Assembly: GCA_949505625.1 (NCBI GenBank)
Contig: CATBQD010000010.1
Location: 434 to 64,433, forward strand
DNA: 64,000 nt
Source of the DNA: an uncultured Bacilli bacterium
Lineage (GTDB): Bacteria; Bacillota_I; Bacilli_A; RF39; UBA660
Direction: 5' to 3'
Of this stretch, positions 48,431-58,529 are shown piece after piece. Every line of letters begins with the position of its first letter. Within the stretch, counting starts at the first letter, position 1. The translations under genes were made by a program, and so were the position numbers. The notes under the pieces were generated by a model. That model was not told the origin of the DNA, searched no databases, and worked only from the letters and a program-made list of their open reading frames with translations.

Positions 48431-50893
48431 ATGAAAAAGGGGCAAACTACAATTGAACAATTAATACATATCTTAGATGATGAAGCATTGTGCAAACAAT
48501 TATTAAATGCAAATGATAATTGTTCTTTTTTAGGTGATGGTATGAGTAAACAATACTATTTAAATGAATTTGAGCGATTATTAAATAGTACTGTGTTTAT
48601 TATGAAAAAAACTCATAATTTTAGTTATTTATCAATCACAATGAAGATTTTAATGAAATTTTATTTAGAAAAAATGAAAGAAAATCCTTTTCAATTTTAT
48701 GAAAATGTTGCATGCAGGAATTTACTAGATCTATCAAAACAATATCCCAAAGAATTAGAACCTTTTCAAAACTTTTTAAAAGAAATTCATTTCGAGGAAG
48801 CTGCCGATGATGTAGGAAGATTTTATCATAAACAAATGAAGAAAAATAGAATCTTAAATGATTTTGAATTAAAAGATTTACTAAATTATTTAATGATTTA
48901 TAAAAATAGAAAAATGCCACATCACTATCTTCGATATTTATTTTTTGTTATTTTTGAAAAAGATAGAGATTTAGATTTATCATCTGCAATGTACGCAGAA
49001 TTATTCCGCTTTTTAATTTTAGATTTATTAGGACAATTAGGTTGGAAAGAAACAGTTCATGTTGTAACTTTAGAAGAAAAGAAGCCATTTATTTATCAAG
49101 GTCCAGATATTTATATCAATGAAAGTGCTATAAAGCCAACATTAGAAGAAAATATGCTTTATTTTGCTTACCTTTTTGATTTATTTGAAAAAAGATATAA
49201 ATATAAGTCTTTTGCTCATAATAAATATGAAGAGATTAAAAGTAAAAAGCAGTACATGATAAAAGAAATTTTAGGTTCAAGTTATTTCTATGAAAACTAT
49301 TCTTATTTAAGTATTGAAACTGAAATTGTAGATCAAAGTTTGATTAATCGTCTTCGGTTTTTTGAAGAAGTCGCGCCTTCCCTTTATAAAGAAATCATTG
49401 AAGATTACGAAAAGCAGATTATAGAAGCAATGAAGGCAGAAGATCCTTCTAGTGATTCTAATCGTCTCGTTTTGACATTAGAGGATTTAACTGATCAAAC
49501 AATTTTACTATCTCCAGAAATTATAGAAAACCGTCCATTTTTAAAACTAGAATATCAAACAGATGGAAGAAAAAAGAAAATTGTTGAATTAATAGAAGCT
49601 TACGAATCTGAATTAGAATTGATTTTTGAAGATGAAGATAATGAATTTTTGGCAAGTTACTATGAACAGGTGATTTTACACATTCCTTTAACAATATCTA
49701 AGTTGTCAGAAGAATTTATTGGTTTATTAGAATATAGGCCAAGATTACCAAGAACTGATCGCCTAATAGAACGAATCATTCAAGAACATTTTGTGAAAGA
49801 AATTAATAAAAGTGTCAGAAATCATATCATCACACATAGCGAATTAGAAACGCTTCTTTCAAAATTTAATGATTATATGGCAAAGATGTATGAATTAGAG
49901 CAAAAAAGAATTAGTAAATATTTATCTAAAGATCCAGAGCAATGGAAACTTTATAATAATCATTTAGAAATGTTATATCGCTCCGTTAGCTATCTTAGCA
50001 ATCCAGATTTATATGAAAGTACCTATCTTAACTTAACACAAGTATTAAATATTAAAGAAGCAAAGGCAATTCAAAAAAAGGTTTTAAAGAATCGACTTAC
50101 CAATCAAAAAGTTTATATAGCAGTACTAAGCATTTTAATTTTAATTTTTTCAATTTCACTATTTTTGTTGGGAAGAATTATTTGGCAATATTGGAGTGCA
50201 TCTGATAGCTATGGTAAAATTCAAAATCAAACGGGTCAAATTAAACCTCTACCAGTAATTACACCTGATCCTAATAGAACAGAATTTCCGATCAATGATG
50301 ACATTCCTCAGATCGACTTTGAACCATTGTATGAAATTAATGATGAGATCGTTGCTTGGATTAGAATTGATGATACAGAAATTAACTATCCGATTGCAAG
50401 AGCAGAAGATAATGAATATTATTTAAAACATTTATATAATAAAAAGCCAAATGTAAGTGGTTCTATTTTTGTTGATTATCGTGCAAACCAAGATTTTAGT
50501 TCAGATAATACAATTTTATATGGACATAACATGAGAAACAATACTATGTTTGGTTCTTTGAAAAAATATAGAAAAGAATCTTATTTTGAAGAACATAAAT
50601 ATATATGGCTTATTACACCAAAAGCAACATATCAATATGAAATTTATGCTGCTTATGAATTTGATTCTTCAAAAGAAGCCCATATTATTAACTTTAATAG
50701 TGAGGAATCGTTCCAAAAATATTTGGATGAGATTAAGAAAAAAACCATTCTTTCTAGCGAATTAGAAGTTGGACCAAAGGATCATCTGTTGACTCTTTCT
50801 ACTTGCACAGATGTAGAACCCGATGAGCGTTTTACTGTTGTGGCAAAAAGAGTAATGACTTACATAGTTCCTGAAGAAAATGTGTCAAATTAG
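48431..50893 (+). CDS. Class B sortase domain fused behind a ~570-aa cytoplasmic N-terminal domain and a single TM helix
   Basis: C-terminal ~220 aa carries SrtB hallmarks (ILYGHNM...; catalytic Cys in LTLSTC; downstream Arg). There is a TM helix at about aa 577-600. The N-terminal 570 aa has no recognisable motif. Confidence 0.75.
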   Translation: MKKGQTTIEQLIHILDDEALCKQLLNANDNCSFLGDGMSKQYYLNEFERLLNSTVFIMKKTHNFSYLSITMKILMKFYLEKMKENPFQFYENVACRNLLDLSKQYPKELEPFQNFLKEIHFEEAADDVGRFYHKQMKKNRILNDFELKDLLNYLMIYKNRKMPHHYLRYLFFVIFEKDRDLDLSSAMYAELFRFLILDLLGQLGWKETVHVVTLEEKKPFIYQGPDIYINESAIKPTLEENMLYFAYLFDLFEKRYKYKSFAHNKYEEIKSKKQYMIKEILGSSYFYENYSYLSIETEIVDQSLINRLRFFEEVAPSLYKEIIEDYEKQIIEAMKAEDPSSDSNRLVLTLEDLTDQTILLSPEIIENRPFLKLEYQTDGRKKKIVELIEAYESELELIFEDEDNEFLASYYEQVILHIPLTISKLSEEFIGLLEYRPRLPRTDRLIERIIQEHFVKEINKSVRNHIITHSELETLLSKFNDYMAKMYELEQKRISKYLSKDPEQWKLYNNHLEMLYRSVSYLSNPDLYESTYLNLTQVLNIKEAKAIQKKVLKNRLTNQKVYIAVLSILILIFSISLFLLGRIIWQYWSASDSYGKIQNQTGQIKPLPVITPDPNRTEFPINDDIPQIDFEPLYEINDEIVAWIRIDDTEINYPIARAEDNEYYLKHLYNKKPNVSGSIFVDYRANQDFSSDNTILYGHNMRNNTMFGSLKKYRKESYFEEHKYIWLITPKATYQYEIYAAYEFDSSKEAHIINFNSEESFQKYLDEIKKKTILSSELEVGPKDHLLTLSTCTDVEPDERFTVVAKRVMTYIVPEENVSN

Positions 50894-50970
50894 AAAAATG
50901 TCGAATTCTCTAATTGACATTATGAAAAATTTGTTAGATAATGGTAATGTAAGATAAGGGAGAGTGTTTT

Positions 50971-51531
50971 ATGAAACGAACAATAAAAATGATGAGCTTT
51001 TTTGCAATTGCATTTTGTTCTCTATGGCTTGGAGTAGCAAGTGCTAGTGCAGCAAATTTTAAAATTGATGTAATAAATGGACAAGATGGAAGCGGAATTG
51101 ATTATGGTACAATTACAACAACTAAAAACAGTTGTACAGTAACACCTGCTGATAGTAGTTCAAGTAATATTATTACAATTAAAAGTGGACAACAACTTTA
51201 TGTAGAAGTGAATCCAGGATGTACTCAAACATTTCAAGTAACTGTAAATGAAGGATATGAAATTGACACTGTATTAGTAGACCGTCAATATGTACAACCA
51301 TCTGCAGATGGAGTTTATACTTTTTCTAATATCACAAGTGCAAATAGTTTATTAAGTACAGATACATCTGATGTTGCACATTCACTATGCATTAAATATA
51401 AGAAAAAAGGAGCACCAAGTAGTCCAAATACTGGAGATGTAGCTTATGTATTCCCAGTAGCTGGAGCAGCACTTTTATCATTAGGATTAATGATTATATT
51501 AGTTCGTAAAAATAAAAATGTAAAAGCTTAA
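50971..51531 (+). CDS. Sortase-anchored surface protein with an SPNTG sorting signal
   Basis: Signal peptide. C-terminal SPNTG followed by a hydrophobic stretch and RKNKNVKA. The (S/P)PxTG class of sorting signal is used by clostridial class B sortases. Confidence 0.7.
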   Translation: MKRTIKMMSFFAIAFCSLWLGVASASAANFKIDVINGQDGSGIDYGTITTTKNSCTVTPADSSSSNIITIKSGQQLYVEVNPGCTQTFQVTVNEGYEIDTVLVDRQYVQPSADGVYTFSNITSANSLLSTDTSDVAHSLCIKYKKKGAPSSPNTGDVAYVFPVAGAALLSLGLMIILVRKNKNVKA

Positions 51532-51682
51532 TCAAAATAAAAAGAGTTATGAAAATAGCTCTTTTTTTGTTATAGTAATTAGAAGTTCTATGAAAAAGAG
51601 AACAATAAAAGATGATTCTACATCTAAGGTATATTATAAAGAATGTTTTGTTTATAAAATGAAATGGAAAGGAGAAAAAATT

Positions 51683-52822
51683 ATGAATCAAGAGCGTATT
51701 GGAAAATTTATTGCAGATATGCGCAAAAAAAAAGGATTAACACAAAAAGAATTTGCTGAAAAAATAGGAGTAACAGATAAAACAGTAAGTAGATGGGAGA
51801 ATGGTCATTACTTACCAGATGTTTCTCTATTTAATGAATTATGTAAGATACTTGATATTGAAGTTACAGAATTATTAAATGGTGAAAAGATGAAAGAAAA
51901 TATTAATAAAGAAGAAGTAAATGAAACCATTACAAAAATTGTAACGTTATCAACAGATGAAATAAAAAAGAAAAAAAGGAATGTAATCAACATTAGTATT
52001 GTTATTATATGCGTTATCATTGTAACATTTGGAAGTCTTGTCATTTGGATGAAAGAAAGAAGAATAGAAAAAAATAAGCCAGGAGATTCAGTTCCATTTC
52101 CGAAACAAATTGCTTATAGAGAAAAAGAGGATGGATGGATATGTAGTTTTTCAATTGAATATTTTAAAGATGACTTAGAATATCCATATTACTATGGTTA
52201 TGATTGTGAAAATTTTAAATATCCAGAATTATATGATTTTAAACCAACAGGACAAGAAGTAGACAGTAATGGAAATACTTATGAATATAAAACATCTACT
52301 AATCATCCACAATATATTTTTCACTCTGAATATGGAGATGATATTGTTAGAATTGATGAATATTTTACAAAGCAAAAATTTAACACAACAATTACAATGT
52401 CTGATTTAGATGACTTAAATTTGAAACTTATTTCTAAAGAAGAAGTTTTAGAATTATATAATGAAGCTATTAGTGAACCTAAAATTGTAAAATGGGGAAA
52501 ACAAATTATAACTCAAAAAACAAACTATTTAACAGTTTCTTTAATCAAAGATGACTATACTTGGTATGTTGGTTATATTGTAACATGGGGACATATTCAT
52601 TATGTAAGTATTGAGCTAAAAATAAAAGATGTATACTTATCTGATTTAGTAAAACAAAATAAAGCGACCGAAGAACAAAGAAAAATCTATCAAAATATTA
52701 CTGAAATAGAAAACTATATTATAGAGAAACAAACATTTCGTTTACCAAAAAGTTTAGAGAATCAAAAACCTTACCAATTTTTAAATGATAATTTCAGTCA
52801 AATCAATCATATAGAAGATTAA
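51683..52822 (+). CDS. Membrane-anchored XRE-family HTH regulator with a large extracytoplasmic C-terminal domain
   Basis: HTH_XRE (ADMRKKKGLTQKEFAEKIGVTDKTVSRWENG), a TM helix (NISIVIICVIIVTFGSLVIW), then a ~270 aa domain. RBS GGAAAGGAG precedes ATG 51683. Confidence 0.65.
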   Translation: MNQERIGKFIADMRKKKGLTQKEFAEKIGVTDKTVSRWENGHYLPDVSLFNELCKILDIEVTELLNGEKMKENINKEEVNETITKIVTLSTDEIKKKKRNVINISIVIICVIIVTFGSLVIWMKERRIEKNKPGDSVPFPKQIAYREKEDGWICSFSIEYFKDDLEYPYYYGYDCENFKYPELYDFKPTGQEVDSNGNTYEYKTSTNHPQYIFHSEYGDDIVRIDEYFTKQKFNTTITMSDLDDLNLKLISKEEVLELYNEAISEPKIVKWGKQIITQKTNYLTVSLIKDDYTWYVGYIVTWGHIHYVSIELKIKDVYLSDLVKQNKATEEQRKIYQNITEIENYIIEKQTFRLPKSLENQKPYQFLNDNFSQINHIED

Positions 52823-52876
52823 TTTGACAAAATAATAGTTAATATTATAGAATAGCTTCTTAAAGGAAGCGAAAAA

Positions 52877-53494
52877 ATGACAAGAATTGAAGAATTAGAA
52901 CAATTAAAAATGGAATTATTTTCTAACATTCATCCAGAGGTTAAAGAAGAATTGCCACCACTTGATGAGGATACTTTATATTTATATCATGGAATTCGAT
53001 TTGGTTCGTATAAAGAACAATTAGAAACCACAAAATTGATTTTAAAGCAAGGAATACTTCCAAAAAATCAATTATCAGGACAATCTTTTTATAGTGAAAA
53101 TTGCAATGATGGAAAGAGAGTTTCTTTATTAGAAAAAAAGGATTTTGAAGAATTAGAATTTAAAACTTTTGTAGCTCCAAATATTTCTATCATTGTTTCA
53201 CCATTAATAGAAGCTTATAAAACTATTTATGTACCTTATGAAGAATGGATAGAACTTAGTGAGCAACAAAATCTTCACAATTTTTATAGTTATGCAAGAA
53301 ATGAATATCAAGTAAATGGAATTGTCCCTGTTTCTATGATAAAAGCAATTGGTGTACCTTGTTCTGGAATGATTATGCAAAGAGAAAATCCAAGAATGTA
53401 TGTAACTGAATTGAGTTCTTTTTGTGAAAACTTAGGACTTCATATTCCCATTGTAGATCATACTGTCTATAACCAGTATGTTTATAAAAAATAA
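52877..53494 (+). CDS. hypothetical cytoplasmic protein
   Basis: 205-aa ORF. Confidence 0.45.
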   Translation: MTRIEELEQLKMELFSNIHPEVKEELPPLDEDTLYLYHGIRFGSYKEQLETTKLILKQGILPKNQLSGQSFYSENCNDGKRVSLLEKKDFEELEFKTFVAPNISIIVSPLIEAYKTIYVPYEEWIELSEQQNLHNFYSYARNEYQVNGIVPVSMIKAIGVPCSGMIMQRENPRMYVTELSSFCENLGLHIPIVDHTVYNQYVYKK

Positions 53495-53506
53495 GGAGTT
53501 ATCAAT

Positions 53507-54094
53507 ATGACTACAATTCAAAATTTAAGTGTAAGCGATTACTTTTTTAAGCAAACAAAAAAAGTGTTTGTTGATAGAAGACCTTCTCCATTTGATATTG
53601 AAACATTTGAAGCTTTTTTAAATCATCGGTATGAACAGATTTGTTACTACTATAGTGCTTATGCCATTATGGGGTTAGAAGATACTGATAAGTTGGTAAG
53701 AGGCAGAATTGATGTCGGAAATGAATTGGGATTTCTTTATCAAAAAATGTTTCCAAACATGGAAAGACCCAATAGTGATTATGACCATGGTTGGGTAGAA
53801 TTTTATTATGAAGGTCATTGGTATGTTTTTGATAATTTATTGAAAATAATTGTTTTAAAAGAAGACTATGAGGAGTTCAGAAAACCTGTAATTAATTCAA
53901 AAATGATGAAACAAGAATTAATAAAAATATATACAAGCAAAGAATGTGCAAATTTATCAAATGGAATTTATTATGTAAAAGAACTCGATAGTGAACCAAC
54001 TTGCACTTCTATTGCTTTTTCAAAATCAATAATTGAATTAGATGAAAAACAGAAGGTTAAAAAATTTACTGCTTATCTTCCTCCATCTTATTAG
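53507..54094 (+). CDS. transglutaminase-like/papain-like cysteine protease superfamily protein
   Basis: Cys motif QICYYYSAYAI and His motif HGWVEFYYEGHWYVFDN, in the order and spacing of transglutaminase-core enzymes. Confidence 0.45.
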   Translation: MTTIQNLSVSDYFFKQTKKVFVDRRPSPFDIETFEAFLNHRYEQICYYYSAYAIMGLEDTDKLVRGRIDVGNELGFLYQKMFPNMERPNSDYDHGWVEFYYEGHWYVFDNLLKIIVLKEDYEEFRKPVINSKMMKQELIKIYTSKECANLSNGIYYVKELDSEPTCTSIAFSKSIIELDEKQKVKKFTAYLPPSY

Positions 54095-54190
54095 TGGATA
54101 TGTTAAGAAGTTTGGTTTTACCCAAACTTTTTCTTGTGGTAATAGTGATTATTTGGTATAATTTTATATAGAATATGAGAGTGTGGTAAG

Positions 54191-54526
54191 ATGAAGAATA
54201 AAGGGCAGGCATTAGTCGAATTTATCATAATATTACCAGTTTTATTGCTTTTAATATTAGGAGCAATAGACTTTGGAAATATTCTCTATAAAGAGTATAC
54301 ATTGGAAAATGATTTAGATTATGTAGTTGAATTAGTAAGACAAAATAAAACGACCGAAGTAAACTACTACGTAAAACAAAAAAATTTAAAATCAGAAATA
54401 GAAGTAAAGAGTACAACAACAACAATTACGTTATCAAAAAAAGTAGTGGTTAATACACCTGGATTAAATCGTATCTTGGGCAGAAATTATCAGATCAAAG
54501 CGAGCAGGGTGATTTCAAATGAATAA
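54191..54526 (+). CDS. TadE/Flp-like pilin-type protein (G-x4-EF processing-like motif)
   Basis: MKNKGQALVEFIIILPVLLLLILGAIDFG. The G/QALVEF segment resembles the Flp/TadE prepilin cleavage motif G/xxxxEY. Confidence 0.6.
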   Translation: MKNKGQALVEFIIILPVLLLLILGAIDFGNILYKEYTLENDLDYVVELVRQNKTTEVNYYVKQKNLKSEIEVKSTTTTITLSKKVVVNTPGLNRILGRNYQIKASRVISNE

Positions 54527-54896
54527 AAAAGGACAAGTCCTAGTATTGTTTTTAATCTTATTACCTTTTTTATTATTACTTGTCGGTTTGATTATAGATT
54601 TTGGTTTTTCCTATAATGAAAAACGGAAAATAGAACATGCAATTAAAGATTCCATTTCCTATGCTTTAGATCATATGAATGAGGAAGAAACAACTTTAAA
54701 AATTAATATGACTCATTTATTAAATGAAAATATTAAAGATATTTATGAGATTAGAATTGAAATAAAGAATGAAAAAATAACTGTCGGAGTTGAAAAAAGA
54801 ATGGATACTATATTTCTTCCGAAAAACCACACGATTAAATTATTATATCAAGGTGAACTTATAAACGGAGAAAAAAGAATTAAGAAAGAGGGATAA
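54519..54896 (+). CDS. TadE-like protein
   Basis: MNKKGQVLVLFLILLPFLLLLVGLIIDFG. Overlaps the previous gene. Confidence 0.55.
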   Translation: MNKKGQVLVLFLILLPFLLLLVGLIIDFGFSYNEKRKIEHAIKDSISYALDHMNEEETTLKINMTHLLNENIKDIYEIRIEIKNEKITVGVEKRMDTIFLPKNHTIKLLYQGELINGEKRIKKEG

Positions 54897-54897
54897 T

Positions 54898-55659
54898 ATG
54901 GCATTAGAAAAAGCAAAAGTATTTACTGTTGCTTCTGTAAAAGGTGGGACAGGAAAAACAACAACACTTTTAAATTTAGCAGGTGTTTTTAGCCTTCAAA
55001 AAAAGAAAGTCCTAATTATTGATTTAGATTTGTATGGTGGAGCGATCGCTCTTTCTTTAAACATTTCAAATGAACAAGATATTTATAGATTAGTAGATGA
55101 CTTAAATAGTAATCGTTTTGAAACAATAGATAGATATCTAGTAAAATATAATGATTATATTGATGTTATTCCATCTCCCAAAGATCCAAGAAATGCAAGT
55201 AAAGTAGGGAGTAAGTATATTTCTGTTGTCTTATCAAAAGTAATATATCGTTATGATGTAATCTTAATTGATACCAACCATTTTTTAAATGATATTACTT
55301 TGGTAGCTCTAGATGCAAGTGATCAAGTACTTTATATTCTTAATAATGATCCAGCTAATTTGAAAAACATGGCCACTAGAATTGCGATTCATAAAGATAT
55401 GGAACAAGATAATTACAAAATCATATTGAATGAATCAACTCATCCTCAGAAAGAAGTTTTTTCAAAATATGATGTTAAAAATATTTTAAAAGAAAATATT
55501 GACTATGTTATTCCTAAGAACTTTTATTTAAAAAATATAGATAAATATATATTAGACGGAAGCATTTTAACCCTTCAAAAAAGAATTATTTCAAAACATA
55601 AAAAGACAATTGATAGTTTTAAAAATATAGCAGAATCTTTAATGAAAGAAAAAAAGTAG
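54898..55659 (+). CDS. CpaE/TadZ-like ParA/MinD-family ATPase
   Basis: Deviant Walker A VASVKGGTGKTTT. Confidence 0.7.
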   Translation: MALEKAKVFTVASVKGGTGKTTTLLNLAGVFSLQKKKVLIIDLDLYGGAIALSLNISNEQDIYRLVDDLNSNRFETIDRYLVKYNDYIDVIPSPKDPRNASKVGSKYISVVLSKVIYRYDVILIDTNHFLNDITLVALDASDQVLYILNNDPANLKNMATRIAIHKDMEQDNYKIILNESTHPQKEVFSKYDVKNILKENIDYVIPKNFYLKNIDKYILDGSILTLQKRIISKHKKTIDSFKNIAESLMKEKK

Positions 55660-55668
55660 GAGGAATTT

Positions 55669-57000
55669 ATGGCAAAGAAAAAATTTGTAGAAGAATTTGA
55701 TGTTCAAATAGAAACTCCAGAAGTCGCTTACGTTTCAGACTATGAAGCATTTCCAAATAAAATATTATTAGATGAACTTCGTACTAAAATTATTCAAAAT
55801 TTAATTGATAATAATATTACAAAAGCAAGAGATATGACAGATTTTGTAAAAACGGAAATTGATAAAACCATTGACGGATATGATTTATCAAATGTAGAAA
55901 GAAGTTATTTATATAATTTGATTGATAATGAAATTAGTGGGAATGGACCATTAACTGAATTGTTAGAAGATCATGATATTACAGAAATTATGGTCAATGG
56001 AAAAGATGAAATTTACATTGAATTAGAAGGTAGAGTAGTAAGAGACAATAGTATTTCTTTTATCAATGAAGATCATATCTTAAGAACCATTCAAAGAATG
56101 ATACAGCCTCTTGGAAGAACGATTGATACAGCAAATCCTATGGTGGATGCAAGACTTGTAGATGGATCCAGATTAAATGCTGTTATTCCACCACTTTCTT
56201 TAAATGGACCAGTTTTAACAATTCGTAAATTTAAAGAAGAACTTGCGAATATCGAAGATTTCTTAAGAACTGGAGCCTTAACTCCTTATATGGCGAGATT
56301 CTTAGAAGCATGTGTAGAAGCAAAACTAAACATTATTATTTGTGGAGGAACAGGAAGCGGAAAAACAACTCTTTTAAATGTATTATCTTCTTTTATTTCT
56401 CCAGATGAAAGAATTATTACAATAGAAGATGCTGCTGAACTTAGACTTGAACAAGAACATGTTATTTCGCTAGAAACAAGATTAACAAACTATGAAGGAG
56501 AAGGAGCTATTACCATTCGTGACTTGGTAATCAATTCCCTTCGTATGAGACCAGATCGCATTATTGTTGGAGAAGTCCGTGGAAAAGAAGCGTTTGATAT
56601 GTTACAGGCAATGAATACTGGGCATAATGGATCTTTAACAACGATGCATGCCAATAGTCCAATTGATGCTTTAAATCGTTTAGAAACCATGGTATTAATG
56701 GCAGGTATGGAAATACCAATTAGAGCAATTCGTGAATACATAGAAGGAGCTATTAATATTGTTGTTCAAGTATCCAGATTGACTGATGGAAGAAGAAAAG
56801 TAACAAGTATTTGTGAAATTACTGGAATAGAAGATAATGCAATTAAAATGGAAGAAATCTTTACATTTAGACAAGATGGTGTGAAAGAAAATGGAGATGT
56901 ATTAGGGGAATTTATTTTACATGATCGTATTCCAAACGTATATAAAACAATAAAATCAAGAGGAATTAATACTCTTACCGATATATTTGATAGAAAGTAG
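55669..57000 (+). CDS. CpaF/TadA type II/IV secretion ATPase
   Basis: Walker A GGTGSGKTT, plus the Asp box, Walker B and His box region (RPDRIIVGEVRGKEA...MNTGHNGSLTTMHANS). Confidence 0.85.
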   Translation: MAKKKFVEEFDVQIETPEVAYVSDYEAFPNKILLDELRTKIIQNLIDNNITKARDMTDFVKTEIDKTIDGYDLSNVERSYLYNLIDNEISGNGPLTELLEDHDITEIMVNGKDEIYIELEGRVVRDNSISFINEDHILRTIQRMIQPLGRTIDTANPMVDARLVDGSRLNAVIPPLSLNGPVLTIRKFKEELANIEDFLRTGALTPYMARFLEACVEAKLNIIICGGTGSGKTTLLNVLSSFISPDERIITIEDAAELRLEQEHVISLETRLTNYEGEGAITIRDLVINSLRMRPDRIIVGEVRGKEAFDMLQAMNTGHNGSLTTMHANSPIDALNRLETMVLMAGMEIPIRAIREYIEGAINIVVQVSRLTDGRRKVTSICEITGIEDNAIKMEEIFTFRQDGVKENGDVLGEFILHDRIPNVYKTIKSRGINTLTDIFDRK

Positions 57001-57008
57001 GTGATTCT

Positions 57009-58523
57009 ATGGAAAATTTGGTTCAAACTGGTTTTAGTTTAGATGCTCATGAAAAACCAACCAATCAGGATTTAACGGTTACATATACTCCTAATGACTT
57101 AGTGATGCGATATACCTATACAGTTTTAAAAAATGGGGTTCCAAGTAGTAGTGAGAGTATCGATGGAGAAAAACCAGTTACGATTGTATTAGATGAATCA
57201 GGCACATACCAAATTAAAATAGAATCCTATGATTATTATAATCGAAAAACAGAAATAGAAAGTGGCATTTATAAAATAGATAAAGATGCTCCAGTCATTG
57301 TATTAGGAAGTGACTCTTTAAAAATGAGAGTTGGTTCCATTCTCTATCCTATGGCAGATGTGAGAGCCTATGATACACAAGATGGAGATCTATTAGAACA
57401 AGTAACGACTAATGTGGATGAATTAAATTTTGAAGAAATTGGATTAAAAAAATTAGTTTATACAGTAACAGATAGTGCTGGAAATACAACAACCAAAACG
57501 ATGATGATTAACGTTGTAAAAGATGATACTTTTGGAGTTATTTTAATTCAATTAGGTATCATAGCAGCACTAATGGGCATCATATTTGCAATGTTATCTT
57601 ATAGAAGAAGTGTAAAATTAGAGCAAAGGATCAAAAAATATAGTATCGAGTCTTTAAATGATCACTCTTTATCTTTATTTGATCGATATTATCAATTCTA
57701 TGCAAAATTATTAAAACGAATAAGTAAATATGTTTCAAAGTCTGTTTTCTTAAAAAAATATTCCAATCGTTATGATAAATATGTTGGAATTATGGGTGAT
57801 GAAAATAGAACTGGGGTAGACTTTGTATCAGCTAAAATATTAATTGCTATTTTGTTCGTTGTAATTGCAATTATTTCTTCTACATTACAAATTGAACTAA
57901 TGAATTCTTATGAGATTGTTTTTCCATTTTTATTTGGTTTCTTTGTCCCAGATATTTTATATATTTCAAAACATAAATTACATCGAAAACATATTGAAAA
58001 TGATTTATTACAAGCCATTATTATTATGAATAATGCATTTAAATCGGGAAGAAGTATCACCCAGGCAATTGAATTAGTAATGACTGAATTAGATGGAGCA
58101 ATTGCCAAGGAATTTAAAAAAATGCGAGCTGAACTTTCTTATGGTCTTTCCGTTGATGTTGTCTTTGGTAGATTTGCAGATCGAATTAAATTGGAGGAAG
58201 TAAATTATTTAACAGCTTCTTTAAGTATTTTAAATAAGACGGGAGGGAATATTATTAAAGTATTTTCTTCTATTGAAGAATCGTTATTTAACAAAAAGAA
58301 ATTGTGGTTAGAACTAGAATCTCTTACTAGTAGTTCTAAAATGATTATGTATGTATTATTCTGTGTTCCAATTTTATTTGTAATTTTTGTAAGTGTGATT
58401 AATCCAGAGTATTTCTTACCATTTTTTACAACTCCACTTGGAATTATGTTATCTTTTCTTATTGTTATTTTATATGTTGTTTATATTATGTGTGTTAGAA
58501 AAATCATGGCGGTTAGGATGTGA
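57009..58523 (+). CDS. TadB-like (T2SS-F domain) membrane protein with an extra ~175-aa N-terminal domain
   Basis: The C-terminal ~320 aa has the TadB/GspF topology. The N-terminal beta-rich domain (ESGTYQIKIESYDYYNRKTEIESGIYKIDKDAPVI) resembles Ig-like/DUF5011 modules. Confidence 0.6.
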   Translation: MENLVQTGFSLDAHEKPTNQDLTVTYTPNDLVMRYTYTVLKNGVPSSSESIDGEKPVTIVLDESGTYQIKIESYDYYNRKTEIESGIYKIDKDAPVIVLGSDSLKMRVGSILYPMADVRAYDTQDGDLLEQVTTNVDELNFEEIGLKKLVYTVTDSAGNTTTKTMMINVVKDDTFGVILIQLGIIAALMGIIFAMLSYRRSVKLEQRIKKYSIESLNDHSLSLFDRYYQFYAKLLKRISKYVSKSVFLKKYSNRYDKYVGIMGDENRTGVDFVSAKILIAILFVVIAIISSTLQIELMNSYEIVFPFLFGFFVPDILYISKHKLHRKHIENDLLQAIIIMNNAFKSGRSITQAIELVMTELDGAIAKEFKKMRAELSYGLSVDVVFGRFADRIKLEEVNYLTASLSILNKTGGNIIKVFSSIEESLFNKKKLWLELESLTSSSKMIMYVLFCVPILFVIFVSVINPEYFLPFFTTPLGIMLSFLIVILYVVYIMCVRKIMAVRM

Positions 58524-58529
58524 TGAAAT

